From Planctomycetota bacterium (GTDB lineage Bacteria; Planctomycetota; GCA-002687715; DRQF01), in NCBI GenBank assembly GCA_047639315.1, contig JBLINQ010000008.1, positions 810-64,809 of the forward strand: a DNA stretch of 64,000 nt, in the 5' to 3' direction. The notes under the pieces were generated by a model. The model did no database searches. It saw nothing but the letters and a program-made list of their open reading frames with translations, and was not told the origin of the DNA. Both the position numbers and the translations under genes were made by a program. This document shows, one piece after another, positions 37,894 to 47,574 of this stretch (within the stretch, counting starts at the first letter, position 1; each line of letters opens with the position of its first letter).

Positions 37894-37937
37894 CCTCTTC
37901 TTCGTGAACTCGCACGCAGGCGGTTCACGAGAAGAGG
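37894..37937 (-). terminator. Hairpin/terminator downstream of lon
   Basis: CCTCTTC(T)TCGTGAAC...GTTCACGAGAAGAGG near-perfect 15-bp inverted repeat; modest T tail. Confidence 0.6.
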
Positions 37938-37954
37938 TATTCCATCTTGACGTG

Positions 37955-40357
37955 TTAGTTGCTTTCTTCTGCCAAGAGCGGCTTTCTCTTGCGGCCGGTC
38001 TTACGCTTGCCGATGGCAATGCCAATGACGTCTTGAACGTCACTGACGAAATGAAACTTGAGACCCTTCTTGGTGTCGGGAGTCATTTCTTCGACGTCGA
38101 CGCGATTTGCATCTGGAAGAATCACCGTCCCGATCCCAGCTCGTTTGGCGGCGAGCACTTTCTCGTTGATTCCGCCTACAGGCAGGACGAGTCCTCGCAA
38201 GCTAATCTCGCCCGTCATGGCGACATTCTTGCGAACCGAACGCCCGGTCAACAAAGAGACCAATGCCGTCAGAATCGAAACGCCCGCCGACGGACCATCC
38301 TTTGGCACCGCACCGGCAGGGAAATGAATGTGAATGTCAGAGCGATCCAAGTACTCGGGCTTCAGGCCCAAGGTTTTAATCTCGGCTTTGATAATGCTCA
38401 TCGCGGCTTGGGCTGACTCACGCATGACGTCACCGAGTTGCCCGGTCAGCATGAGGCGTCCTTTACCTGGCATTCTGGTCGCTTCAATGAACAGGATCTG
38501 GCCACCAAAGGGCGTCCACGCTAATCCCGTCGCGACTCCTGGCAACTGAAGACGATCGGCGACTTCAGAGCTGAATTTTTTCTTGCCCAAGTAGGTTGCC
38601 AAATCGGAGAGCTTGACGTTCTGTTTCTTCTTGGCACCCTCGACGATGTTCCTCGCGATGACGCGAAGCACGGTCGAGATGCGTCGTCCTAACTCCCGAA
38701 CTCCAGCTTCTCTGGTGTAGTCCTCAACGATGGCGCGCAGCGCTGGCGTGCCGATCGCGACTTGGGTTTTCTTGAGGCCGTGATCTTCCAATAGTTGGGG
38801 CAGCAAGTGCTTCTCGGCGATCTTCACTTTGTCGTGGGTCGCGTAGCCCGGGACATGAATGATCTCCATGCGATCGCGCAAGGGGCCTGGAATCTTGGCG
38901 ATCCAATTGGCCGTCGCAATGAACATGACCTTCGAGAGATCAAATTCTTGCTCCAAGTAATGATCTGAGAACGTCGAGTTTTGTTCTGGGTCTAAGACTT
39001 CCAAGAGCGCCGCCCCTGGGTCTCCTGCATGGCCCGCACCGAGTTTGTCGATTTCATCCAACATAAAGACTGGGTTGTTCGTGCCAGCCTTTTTGATGGC
39101 CTGGATGATGCGACCGGGAAGAGCGCCGACATAAGTCCGGCGATGGCCACGGATCTCAGCTTCATCCCGGACTCCACCCAAGGAGAGGCGAATGAACTTC
39201 CGGCCAAGTGATTCTGCGATGGACTTGCCGAGTGAGGTCTTGCCAACTCCAGGAGGACCCGCGAAGCAGAGGATTGGTCCACGCATGTCTTGTTTGAGGT
39301 GACGAACTGCCAAGAACTCAAGAATGCGGTTCTTCACTTTCTCCAGCCCGTGATGATCTCGATCAAGGACATCTTTCGACGTCTCAAGGTCGATGACATC
39401 CTCACTGGTGGTGTTCCATGGCAAATCGAGGATCCAGTCGATCCATGTGCGGGTCACGCTCCAGTCTGGAGAGCTTGAGTTCATGCGGCCGAGGCGTTTC
39501 AGTTCTTTCTTGGCGGCCTCATGAGTGGCCTCCGGTAGATTCGCGTCCTCGATCTTCAAACCCAGTTCGGTCAAGTCGCTGTCGTCGCTACCTTCGCCAA
39601 GCTCATCGCGAATCGCCTCCATTTGCTGACGGAGGTAGAACTCGCGCTGGCCTCTGGTGATTTCACCCTGGACCTGATCTTGAATCTTCGAGGACAGTTT
39701 TTGGACTTCAAGCTCGTGCACCAGCATCTTGTGTGTTTCAACCAAACGCTCCTGCATGTTTGAAGTCTTGAGCAACGCTTGTTTTTGCTCGAGATCAACA
39801 GGGAGTGTTGCACCAATCAAATCTGCCAAGGCTCCGGGTGACTCGGCGTTGTGTGCCATGACCAAGTGTTCATCGGTTAGATGAGAGACATGATCGGCAA
39901 GCTCGGAGAATGAAACCTGAAGGTTGTTGTTGAGTGCATCAATCTCGACGGACTCCATTTCTTCTTCGGGCATAATGACGCCACGGGCTCGTAGCGGCTT
40001 GTCATCTTCGTCGATGATTTCGTCAACGTGGAAACGGTTGACGCCTTGGACGATAACAGTCATCGATCCATCAGGAACACGGAGCGACTTGAGAATCTCG
40101 ACTTCGCAGCCAACATCATAAAGTGCCTCAGCATTCGGATCCTCAACGCTTGGATCTTTTTGGGCTAAGACCAGAAGTTTGCCACCGTTGTCTTGGGCCT
40201 CGCGAACACCCAACAAGGAGCGTTCCCGTCCCACACTCAAAGGCATGACTTGCCCAGGGAAGACGAGAAGATTGCGCAGCGGCAGGACGTAGTGTTCCGT
40301 CACTTCTGGCTCGGCTTCGTTCTCAGGACTCGTTTGTTTCTTCGACGCTTTACTCAT
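37955..40357 (-). CDS. lon: Lon protease (endopeptidase La)
   Basis: LPLRN N-domain, GPPGVGKT Walker A, LLEVLDPEQN, PKDGPSAG catalytic Ser; GGAGG RBS. Confidence 0.96.
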   Translation of the reverse strand: MSKASKKQTSPENEAEPEVTEHYVLPLRNLLVFPGQVMPLSVGRERSLLGVREAQDNGGKLLVLAQKDPSVEDPNAEALYDVGCEVEILKSLRVPDGSMTVIVQGVNRFHVDEIIDEDDKPLRARGVIMPEEEMESVEIDALNNNLQVSFSELADHVSHLTDEHLVMAHNAESPGALADLIGATLPVDLEQKQALLKTSNMQERLVETHKMLVHELEVQKLSSKIQDQVQGEITRGQREFYLRQQMEAIRDELGEGSDDSDLTELGLKIEDANLPEATHEAAKKELKRLGRMNSSSPDWSVTRTWIDWILDLPWNTTSEDVIDLETSKDVLDRDHHGLEKVKNRILEFLAVRHLKQDMRGPILCFAGPPGVGKTSLGKSIAESLGRKFIRLSLGGVRDEAEIRGHRRTYVGALPGRIIQAIKKAGTNNPVFMLDEIDKLGAGHAGDPGAALLEVLDPEQNSTFSDHYLEQEFDLSKVMFIATANWIAKIPGPLRDRMEIIHVPGYATHDKVKIAEKHLLPQLLEDHGLKKTQVAIGTPALRAIVEDYTREAGVRELGRRISTVLRVIARNIVEGAKKKQNVKLSDLATYLGKKKFSSEVADRLQLPGVATGLAWTPFGGQILFIEATRMPGKGRLMLTGQLGDVMRESAQAAMSIIKAEIKTLGLKPEYLDRSDIHIHFPAGAVPKDGPSAGVSILTALVSLLTGRSVRKNVAMTGEISLRGLVLPVGGINEKVLAAKRAGIGTVILPDANRVDVEEMTPDTKKGLKFHFVSDVQDVIGIAIGKRKTGRKRKPLLAEESN

Positions 40358-40697
40358 GGTTTCCTCCAGGCAACCTCGCGCAAGAGACGTGCCGCCGGAG
40401 ACTCGACGATCTTCAAGAATGGGATACGATGTTGAGGCCGGGTCTTTGTGCGTATGGAGGTGCCCAAGTCAAATCACTGTCCCTTTCGACCTACGGGCCA
40501 AGGCTCATAAATTGTTTTTGACAATAGGGTTAGGGCGACTGCGCTCAAGGCCAGGATTTGGGCGCGCTGGGTTGGCGAAAAGCCTGGATCTTGCCACGTG
40601 CTAAGAGCACGGAAGTGCTCCGGAGAGCAGCCGCCATCCTAACCTGACCTTTTGACAGACAAGTCGCCCAAGCCTGAGCATTTGGCAGGACATTTCT

Positions 40698-40726
40698 TGC
40701 TTCCATAGGGCCCCCTGTGTAGGATT
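40698..40726 (+). promoter_or_regulatory. Sigma70-type promoter for the sulfatase-like/murL/murD2 operon
   Basis: TTGCTT-17 nt-TAGGAT with TG extension, 36 nt upstream of ATG 40763. Confidence 0.55.
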
Positions 40727-40762
40727 AGCTCCGAGTCGTAACTTATTTGGCATTGGTGATTT

Positions 40763-43700
40763 ATGCGAGAAATGCTGTTTGGCGTATTGCGGGTGGTTGG
40801 GGCCGGGATTTTGGCCTCCTTCCTGTTCGTGGGCCATGATCTACAGCGTCTGGGTCCGGTCGAGCCCGAAGAGTTTGAAGTCATCGCCGTACTTTTGCGA
40901 CGTCTCGCGCTGGTCGGTGGGGCCTGTGGCATTGTCTGGGCGGTTCTTTGGTTGGTGGTCCCACTGCTTCGGAAGTTAGGGCATCGACTTGGGAAGCGTC
41001 CCGACTTACTTCCTGCCATCGCGATCACTGTCCTTTTGATTCCCTATCAGTATTATCTGACTAAGAGCATCCTTTCAGGGGCGGGCATCGGCCGTCTCGT
41101 GGGCATCGAGATCCTGCGAATAGCAGCCCCTGTTGCTGTCTTCTTGGGTGTTCTTTTTTGCAGCTACCTCGTGTTGCGAGTGGCAGCACTTATCGCCAAG
41201 CGTAAGTTGTCTGTCCGCCTTCTATTCGGCTTGTGTTTGATCGTATTGGCTCTCTGCATCGAATTGCTCGATGAGTCCTACTATCCCGGTCTCTATCTGT
41301 TCATGCATGACTTCGCATTCTTCGTTGCGTTAAGTCTCGCCACGCTCGGTGCCGTTCTTTTGTTGCCGCAAAATCGGATGGCCCAGTTTGTCTGCACCAT
41401 GCTGATTCTCTTTGCCGGCTTAGCTGCTTTGGGAGATCGGGTCGAAGTCCCAACGATTCACCAGCGATCGATCCTGTTTCGTCGAACCCTTCAAGGACGG
41501 CGTATCCTCGCGTTCTGGCGCCTGATGGGGCGTGACGAGATTGGCTTTTTCGACCGCCTTGGCATTGACGCTGACTTCCAAGCCGAACGCAAGCAAATCC
41601 GTATGCAGTTCGATGACGCTCGGGTCGAGCTTGAGGCACGATTAGGACGGCAACCCGTCAAGAATGTCATTTGGTTGACGATCGACACATTACGTGCTGA
41701 TCATCTATCGGCCTATGGCTACGACCGACCAACTTCGCCTTCAATGGAGCGCCTTGCTGCCCGGGCAACGAAATTTGATCGGCATTATGCCCAGTTTCCA
41801 ATCACCAGCTTCTCTTTTCAATCGATGTTCTTCAGTCGATATCCTTCAGCCACTCCGCTATTTCGACGCGCCAAAGACTTGCCCGATGACCCGAAAGGCA
41901 ATATCTCACTGGCTCAGCATCTGACTGACCGAGGCATCACGACGGTGTCTTTTCCGGCCATCCCTCCAGTCAGTTTGAGCCATCCGAGTTATGAGGCCTT
42001 GGCGCTCGGATTTCAGGAAGTAAACCCCAGCGTGCCACCGAAGAGCCCTCTCAGTGCAGAGAGCCAAATGAAGTGGGCAACCAAGAGATTGGAAGGCATG
42101 GGGGCAGATCGCTTCTTCATGTGGATTCACCTGATGGATCCTCATGCGCCCTATATCCATCACGATGACTACAACTTCGGCGATCGTGCCATCGATGCTT
42201 ACGACTCTGAAATCGCCTATGTCGATCGTCAGATTGGCAAACTCCTGGTCAAGTTGGAAACTCTGGGGCTGGCTGATTCAACCGCCATCGTCATCAACTC
42301 GGACCACGGTGAAGCGTTCGGTGAACACAACTCCCAATTTCACGGCACGACTCTCTATGACGAGCAATTGCACGTGCCCTGCATCCTCTACGTGCCTGGT
42401 CTTCAACCCCAAGTCGTGAAATCGCTCACCAACAACATTGATCTCATGCCGACGATTCTTGATCTCATGGCGGTCAAGGTTCGTTCGCCGATTCAGGGGC
42501 AGACTTTGATCGGCTATTTGATGGATGGCGACCTTTCTCCCGTACGGCCGGTGTCTTTTGCCTACGCAGAGATTCCTTCGGCAATTCCAGAAATGGATCC
42601 AGCCAACACCAACAAGCAGATGATTGTGAGCGGTCGATTCAAACTTCTTGCGAATCAACGAGACGAGTTTGCTGAACTCTTTGACCTCACTACGGATCCG
42701 AAGGAAGAGAAAAATATCTCGGACCGCGAATCTGAATTGGTGGCGCAGCTGTCATCGATCATCAAGAGTCTGCAAGAAGAAGGTCGAAACCTAAATTTGC
42801 CTGAAGGGGCAAGAAGCGATCAAGAGACGTTCGACTCACTCCGCGATGCTCTCAAGGGTGGCACTGTGCCAGCACGTTGTGCTTTGCTCATGGCAAACTT
42901 GCCCCGCAAACATCCCCAGTTAGAGAAGATCGCCCTCGAACGCCTTAATGATCCGAAAGAACATGAACTCGTCAAGATGACGATTCTGGAGAACGGTGCC
43001 GACCTACTGGGTGAGAAACTTATGCCCTACATGAGGTCGGTTCTGTCTTTGCCTCCTTTCCTCGGTTCGGCGGCTTTGGTCCTTGATTTATGGTTGGAGC
43101 GCGGGCTGCCGCTCAATTCGAGAGACCGCACTTTGGTTTCTTTGAATATGCGCTTCCACCCGCAAGTTGGGTGGCGTGCTGCTCGTCTGCTCGCTGCTTT
43201 TGATGATCCTCGCGCGAGCCTTCAGTTGGCTCCGGCCCTGGCATTGGGAGATCGCAATACCGCTTTTGCCTCGGCTGCAGGACTTGGTCAGATTGAGAAT
43301 GGCGACGGGTTGGAGCGGTTGAGGCGAGATTTCGTCTTCTACTCTTTGGATCCAGATCGGTGTACTGCTGCCATCAAAGCCCTCGCGACCTTGGAAGATC
43401 GGAAGTCCTTACCGCAGATCACTCAGTTGGTGCAAAACCGATACTTGCACTATCGCATCAAGTTCGCAGCGCTCGAGTATTTCATGAAATTCGAGCAGGA
43501 AGACGCCATTCCGGGTCTTCTTTATCTGTGCTCGGGCTGGGACCCCAATGTGGACAAAGAAGTCTTTCAACGCATGGTCAAAGCGTTTGGCAAAGAGAGA
43601 GCCGAAGTCATCCGCAAGAATGGCCGCTTTGTGAGTGAAGTCGATGATCTCGTGCAGCAAAAGCGCATACCCGCCGCGCTCAAGGTTGCACTGAGTATTA

Positions 43701-44698
43701 TTAAGGAGGTGGGGGGGGCTCGCCAAGCCGCACCACTTGCCATTGTTGCTGGTCACTTGGGCTATCGCCTCGGGCGCACAGATCAAGTTGATGTGGTTCT
43801 TCGTGAACTCGAGGATAGCCGAGCACCTCAAATTTATCGGGATGTCGCTCGGGCCATGCGTAAGCCCCAGGGCGACAAGACATATCGGCTTGAAGTGCTC
43901 GATCTGCGTCCAGTCAATCCGACACCGATTGCAGCTGGATTAGAACGCCGCTTTCATGTTCGCATTCGAAATGTTGGCGACCGAACCATTCCAGGCGGCA
44001 ATGATCCGAGTGGCCTGTCGGTCAAGATGGCTTTTGCCGGTGACCACCCCCCTGGGGACTTGTTCTTGCCGCCATCAAAACTACCTGCCTGGGGACTACC
44101 ACCCGGAGGAGAAGCTGAGCTGAATCTTCTGGCGGGCATTCCGTCCCCCGGTCAATTCTATTCCTTGGGCGTCGAGATCACGCGGCTAGATTTTGGGCCA
44201 ATGGAGGTTGTCGACAAGCGCGAGTCCAAGGAAGTCATTTGCGTAGCCGACCCCCTGAAGGGCGGACTCACAGTCGAGAGCATGCGATTCGACTCAGAAC
44301 AGATCCGTCAGAACTGGGAGCCCACTCGCTCATTCTATCCGGCTGTAATCAACCCTGATAAGTCAGTCGCCTTCTTGGCCTTTCGAATCGATCCTGGGCT
44401 TCGTTCACCGCTATTTAAGGCCGGATCTAAGCCCCTGAAGTTGTCCGTCGATTTCGATACCGAGAAGCACGCAGGCATCAACACCGAGGTTTTTGAGGTC
44501 TACTATCGATATGAGGGAGAACCTCATTTCGTGTTTCACCAACGAATCGCCATTCCATACAACATTGACAATGTGCGGCGGAAGATGAAATTTGAGCTTC
44601 CACTGAAGAATGGCAAGAGTCCTGTGCAGGTTCGTTTAGACCCTTTCTCGGCGCCTCACCTCTTCCTCATTCATTCCATCACCATCAAAGAAATGTAG
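40763..44698 (+). CDS. Large membrane-anchored alkaline-phosphatase/sulfatase-fold protein with HEAT-like repeats
   Basis: Multiple N-terminal TM helices; NVIWLTIDTLRADH, WIHLMDPHAPY, YDSEIAYVD, SDHGEAF, HVPCIL; later helical HEAT-like repeats; no (C/S)xPxR motif. Confidence 0.85.
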   Translation: MREMLFGVLRVVGAGILASFLFVGHDLQRLGPVEPEEFEVIAVLLRRLALVGGACGIVWAVLWLVVPLLRKLGHRLGKRPDLLPAIAITVLLIPYQYYLTKSILSGAGIGRLVGIEILRIAAPVAVFLGVLFCSYLVLRVAALIAKRKLSVRLLFGLCLIVLALCIELLDESYYPGLYLFMHDFAFFVALSLATLGAVLLLPQNRMAQFVCTMLILFAGLAALGDRVEVPTIHQRSILFRRTLQGRRILAFWRLMGRDEIGFFDRLGIDADFQAERKQIRMQFDDARVELEARLGRQPVKNVIWLTIDTLRADHLSAYGYDRPTSPSMERLAARATKFDRHYAQFPITSFSFQSMFFSRYPSATPLFRRAKDLPDDPKGNISLAQHLTDRGITTVSFPAIPPVSLSHPSYEALALGFQEVNPSVPPKSPLSAESQMKWATKRLEGMGADRFFMWIHLMDPHAPYIHHDDYNFGDRAIDAYDSEIAYVDRQIGKLLVKLETLGLADSTAIVINSDHGEAFGEHNSQFHGTTLYDEQLHVPCILYVPGLQPQVVKSLTNNIDLMPTILDLMAVKVRSPIQGQTLIGYLMDGDLSPVRPVSFAYAEIPSAIPEMDPANTNKQMIVSGRFKLLANQRDEFAELFDLTTDPKEEKNISDRESELVAQLSSIIKSLQEEGRNLNLPEGARSDQETFDSLRDALKGGTVPARCALLMANLPRKHPQLEKIALERLNDPKEHELVKMTILENGADLLGEKLMPYMRSVLSLPPFLGSAALVLDLWLERGLPLNSRDRTLVSLNMRFHPQVGWRAARLLAAFDDPRASLQLAPALALGDRNTAFASAAGLGQIENGDGLERLRRDFVFYSLDPDRCTAAIKALATLEDRKSLPQITQLVQNRYLHYRIKFAALEYFMKFEQEDAIPGLLYLCSGWDPNVDKEVFQRMVKAFGKERAEVIRKNGRFVSEVDDLVQQKRIPAALKVALSIIKEVGGARQAAPLAIVAGHLGYRLGRTDQVDVVLRELEDSRAPQIYRDVARAMRKPQGDKTYRLEVLDLRPVNPTPIAAGLERRFHVRIRNVGDRTIPGGNDPSGLSVKMAFAGDHPPGDLFLPPSKLPAWGLPPGGEAELNLLAGIPSPGQFYSLGVEITRLDFGPMEVVDKRESKEVICVADPLKGGLTVESMRFDSEQIRQNWEPTRSFYPAVINPDKSVAFLAFRIDPGLRSPLFKAGSKPLKLSVDFDTEKHAGINTEVFEVYYRYEGEPHFVFHQRIAIPYNIDNVRRKMKFELPLKNGKSPVQVRLDPFSAPHLFLIHSITIKEM

Positions 44699-44738
44699 AG
44701 GCTCCTGGCCGTCTCAGACACAGGTTAGACTGGGCCTC

Positions 44739-46121
44739 ATGAATCGCCCCGAACCGGATGTTTCAATTTCCTCATTTGACCCCAGTCATTTCTCGACCTT
44801 TGTCTTTGACAGGGTGAGCGATTTTGGGCAAGGCTTGAGATTCCATTACCGAATCTCAGGGGAAGGCCATGACGGTCTCGAGTTCACCGAAGAAATTCAC
44901 TTCGAGGGGCATCGGGATTCACTCTGCGAAGAGCAGGAAGCTGTGCTTGAGAACTTATCCAGCCTCCTCTTTCAAGTTGCCGGCACGAGCTACTACAAGA
45001 CGGCAGCACCTCCGACCTTAACTCTGCCTTCGGGCACAGCTGGCCCAGATCGAATTGCGTTTCTCACGACGCTAGTCAAAAAAGGTCTGGCCGAATTTGC
45101 CAACGTCAACAATCTTGATCTGAGCGCAATTCGATTCTTGCCATGTCCAGGGCGTCCCAGCGAATCGCAATACGTCGTACCCGAGTCGAATAAGGTGCTT
45201 GTGCCTTTTGGTGGCGGCAAAGACTCGCTCCTATCGCTCCAGCTGGTCGTTGAAGCGGGCTTTAATCCCACTCTTTTTGTTGTTGGGCCGAACCCCGTGG
45301 CCGAAGGTTTAGCCGAGAAAACTGGGCATCCCCTGATTCGAGTGCGAAGAGTATTAGATCCTAAGATAGGCATGCTCAACACCGTCGGTGCATACAATGG
45401 GCATATCCCAGTGACCGCAGTCGTTTCCATGATCGCCGTTCTGGTGGCCGTGCGCGACGGGTTCTCGGCGGTTGTCATGTCCAACGAGAACTCTGCAAAT
45501 AAAGGGACGATGTTGGACGGTGGTGCAAAGGAAGTGAATCACCAGTTCTCCAAGGGCCTCGAATTCGAGGCCATGCTTCGCGATCAAATTCATCGATGTG
45601 GATTGAGGGGAATGGACTACTTCTCGTTACTTCGGCCTTTCTCTGAGTTGTCGATTTGCCGTGAGTTCGCTCGTCGTGGCAATCACTTTGGCGAGTTCGT
45701 GAGTTGCAACGGAAATTTTCGAAGGTCACAAACTGACGCCCGACCGCATTGGTGTATGGAGTGCTCCAAGTGCTTATTCGTTCATTTGTCCATGGCGCCA
45801 TTTCTCACTGAAGACGATATGTTCTTGATCTTCGGAGCGAATCCTCTTGGCGATGTTGCCCGCTTCTCAACTTACGAAGCGCTGATTGAGTTTAATGGCG
45901 CTCAGAGACCCTTCGACTGTGTCGGTGGCCCAGAAGAATCGCGTGCTGCGTTCGCTCTTCTGCTTGATCATCCCGTCGCCAAGTCTTATCTCGCGGTCAA
46001 GGCATTCAAAGAGAAATGGGGCCCCAGCCTACCGACGGTCGACGTGGTGTCCGAATTGGCATCGTCGGAAGATCACTTGGTACCCGAACGATTCCTCGGA
46101 GCCGTGCATGCCGTTCGCTAA
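44739..46121 (+). CDS. murL: UDP-MurNAc-L-Ala-L-Glu epimerase (MurL-like)
   Basis: PFGGGKDS, VMSNE, VNHQFSKG, SLLRPFSEL, SCNGNF, WCMECSKCLF, PFDCVG match the MurL motif order; overlaps a MurD2-like gene. Confidence 0.82.
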   Translation: MNRPEPDVSISSFDPSHFSTFVFDRVSDFGQGLRFHYRISGEGHDGLEFTEEIHFEGHRDSLCEEQEAVLENLSSLLFQVAGTSYYKTAAPPTLTLPSGTAGPDRIAFLTTLVKKGLAEFANVNNLDLSAIRFLPCPGRPSESQYVVPESNKVLVPFGGGKDSLLSLQLVVEAGFNPTLFVVGPNPVAEGLAEKTGHPLIRVRRVLDPKIGMLNTVGAYNGHIPVTAVVSMIAVLVAVRDGFSAVVMSNENSANKGTMLDGGAKEVNHQFSKGLEFEAMLRDQIHRCGLRGMDYFSLLRPFSELSICREFARRGNHFGEFVSCNGNFRRSQTDARPHWCMECSKCLFVHLSMAPFLTEDDMFLIFGANPLGDVARFSTYEALIEFNGAQRPFDCVGGPEESRAAFALLLDHPVAKSYLAVKAFKEKWGPSLPTVDVVSELASSEDHLVPERFLGAVHAVR

Positions 46122-47463
46122 GTTAGCAGCTGCACGCGTAGCGATTCTCGGATTCGGCCGAGAAGGTCGGGCGGCCCTCGCCGTCCTGAGGCAACGCTGT
46201 CCACGACTGTTGATCACCGTCATTGAAGAAGGCAAGCTGGCGCCTCAATTGGACGATGACGACGACTTACTTCACATCGTTAACCGCCAACTCTCCGTCG
46301 AAGAATTGCTTGGTTTTGATTATCTGATCAAAGCACCTGGAATCAGCTGCTATCGTCCAGATCTTGTTGCTGCACGGGCGGGCGGCCTGCAAGTTACTTC
46401 CCTCACTTCTTTGTGGCTCTCTGAGCCACATACGGCCATCACAATTGGTGTGACCGGAACCAAGGGTAAAAGTACAACGGCGACATTACTGCGCGACCTA
46501 TTGGTGTCGACTGGAGCTCACGCGGTTCTCCGGGGCAACGTCGGGCGGCCACTCTTTGATCCCCAAGAACCTGAATCCCACGCCAATTTCGTTGTGATCG
46601 AATTGTCCAGCTATCAGGTTGCAGACTTAGAGGGCTCGCTTGACCATGCGGTGCTTACGAACCTCGAACCAGAACATCTTGATTGGCATGGCAGCGAAGA
46701 ACGTTACTTCGAAGACAAACTCAAGATCACGAATTTGACTCAGTCGGTTTACGCCAATGCCGACTGCCGGCGGTTGCGGGAACGCCTAAAAGACAAGAAG
46801 CATGTTCGTTGGTTCGGTGCGGGTCACCAGTTGAGGCCGACGGCTCAAGGTGTCATGTGTGGTGATAAACTCCTGATATCCGATGCCAAGATGAAAACCG
46901 TTGGCTATCACAACCTGGTTAACGCGTGCGCGTCTTTGGCGGTTGCCTTCGATCTGGGTGTATCGCCGGAACTCGCCAAATCCGTGGCCGAGAATTTTCA
47001 ACCTTTGGCTCATCGCTTGGAAAGCTTGGGAGAGATTGAAGGCCGATTGATCGTCAATGACAGTATGGCTTCGACTCCCTTAGCCACGATGGCTGCCATG
47101 CGTGCCTTCGATGGTCGCCCGCTGCATGTCATCGTCGGTGGCGCCGATCGCGGGCTTGATCTTGCTGAATTCATAGAGTTCTTGGTCAATGTCGATGGGC
47201 CGTGCGCGATTCACCTCGTCGGTGATTTTGGTCTCCGGTTGCAAAGAAGCCTCTCGGCGACAGATGGATCTCATTCGGTTCGCGTGCAATCTGCGGCGAG
47301 CCAGGAAGCTGCGGTCGATGCATGCTGGGCGGAATCGAGGCCAGGAGATGTCATCTTGCTGTCGCCTGGAGCGCCGAGTTTTGATTGTTTCCGTGATTTC
47401 GCGGCCCGCGGTGCTGCCTTCGGCAAGTCAATCTCAAGACATGCTCCCAATGCAGCTTCATAG
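46108..47463 (+). CDS. murD: UDP-MurNAc-L-Ala:glutamate ligase, MurD2 (L-Glu) type
   Basis: ILGFGREG, KAPGIS.Y, TGTKGKSTT (K variant typical of MurD2), ELSSYQ, EHLDWHG, HRLE, VNDS, LLSPGAPSF. ATG 46108 with GGAG is preferred over the track start at 45886. Confidence 0.88.
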   Translation: MPFAKLAAARVAILGFGREGRAALAVLRQRCPRLLITVIEEGKLAPQLDDDDDLLHIVNRQLSVEELLGFDYLIKAPGISCYRPDLVAARAGGLQVTSLTSLWLSEPHTAITIGVTGTKGKSTTATLLRDLLVSTGAHAVLRGNVGRPLFDPQEPESHANFVVIELSSYQVADLEGSLDHAVLTNLEPEHLDWHGSEERYFEDKLKITNLTQSVYANADCRRLRERLKDKKHVRWFGAGHQLRPTAQGVMCGDKLLISDAKMKTVGYHNLVNACASLAVAFDLGVSPELAKSVAENFQPLAHRLESLGEIEGRLIVNDSMASTPLATMAAMRAFDGRPLHVIVGGADRGLDLAEFIEFLVNVDGPCAIHLVGDFGLRLQRSLSATDGSHSVRVQSAASQEAAVDACWAESRPGDVILLSPGAPSFDCFRDFAARGAAFGKSISRHAPNAAS

Positions 47464-47574
47464 GTTCAGTGAATAGGGAATATCGTCCCTTGACCAACCC
47501 TTAGCAATCGGAATAGCGTGTCTGTCTTACTACGTCCGTTCTGAAGATCGAACGGAATGACCCGGAGGAACAAA

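Noticed and set aside
40600-40635. SRP RNA or CIRCE element upstream of lon
   Set aside because: The GGAA tetraloop and AGCAG are present but not in SRP domain IV spacing (no CAGG-NNN-GNRA-NNN-AGCAG). No TTAGCACTC-N9-GAGTGCTAA is present.
45886-46107. Long N-terminal extensions in the ORF track (murD2 45886, also 2923, 55276, 51590, 36833)
   Set aside because: They overlap upstream genes or spacers, lack homology-like content, and better RBS/ATG pairs exist downstream.
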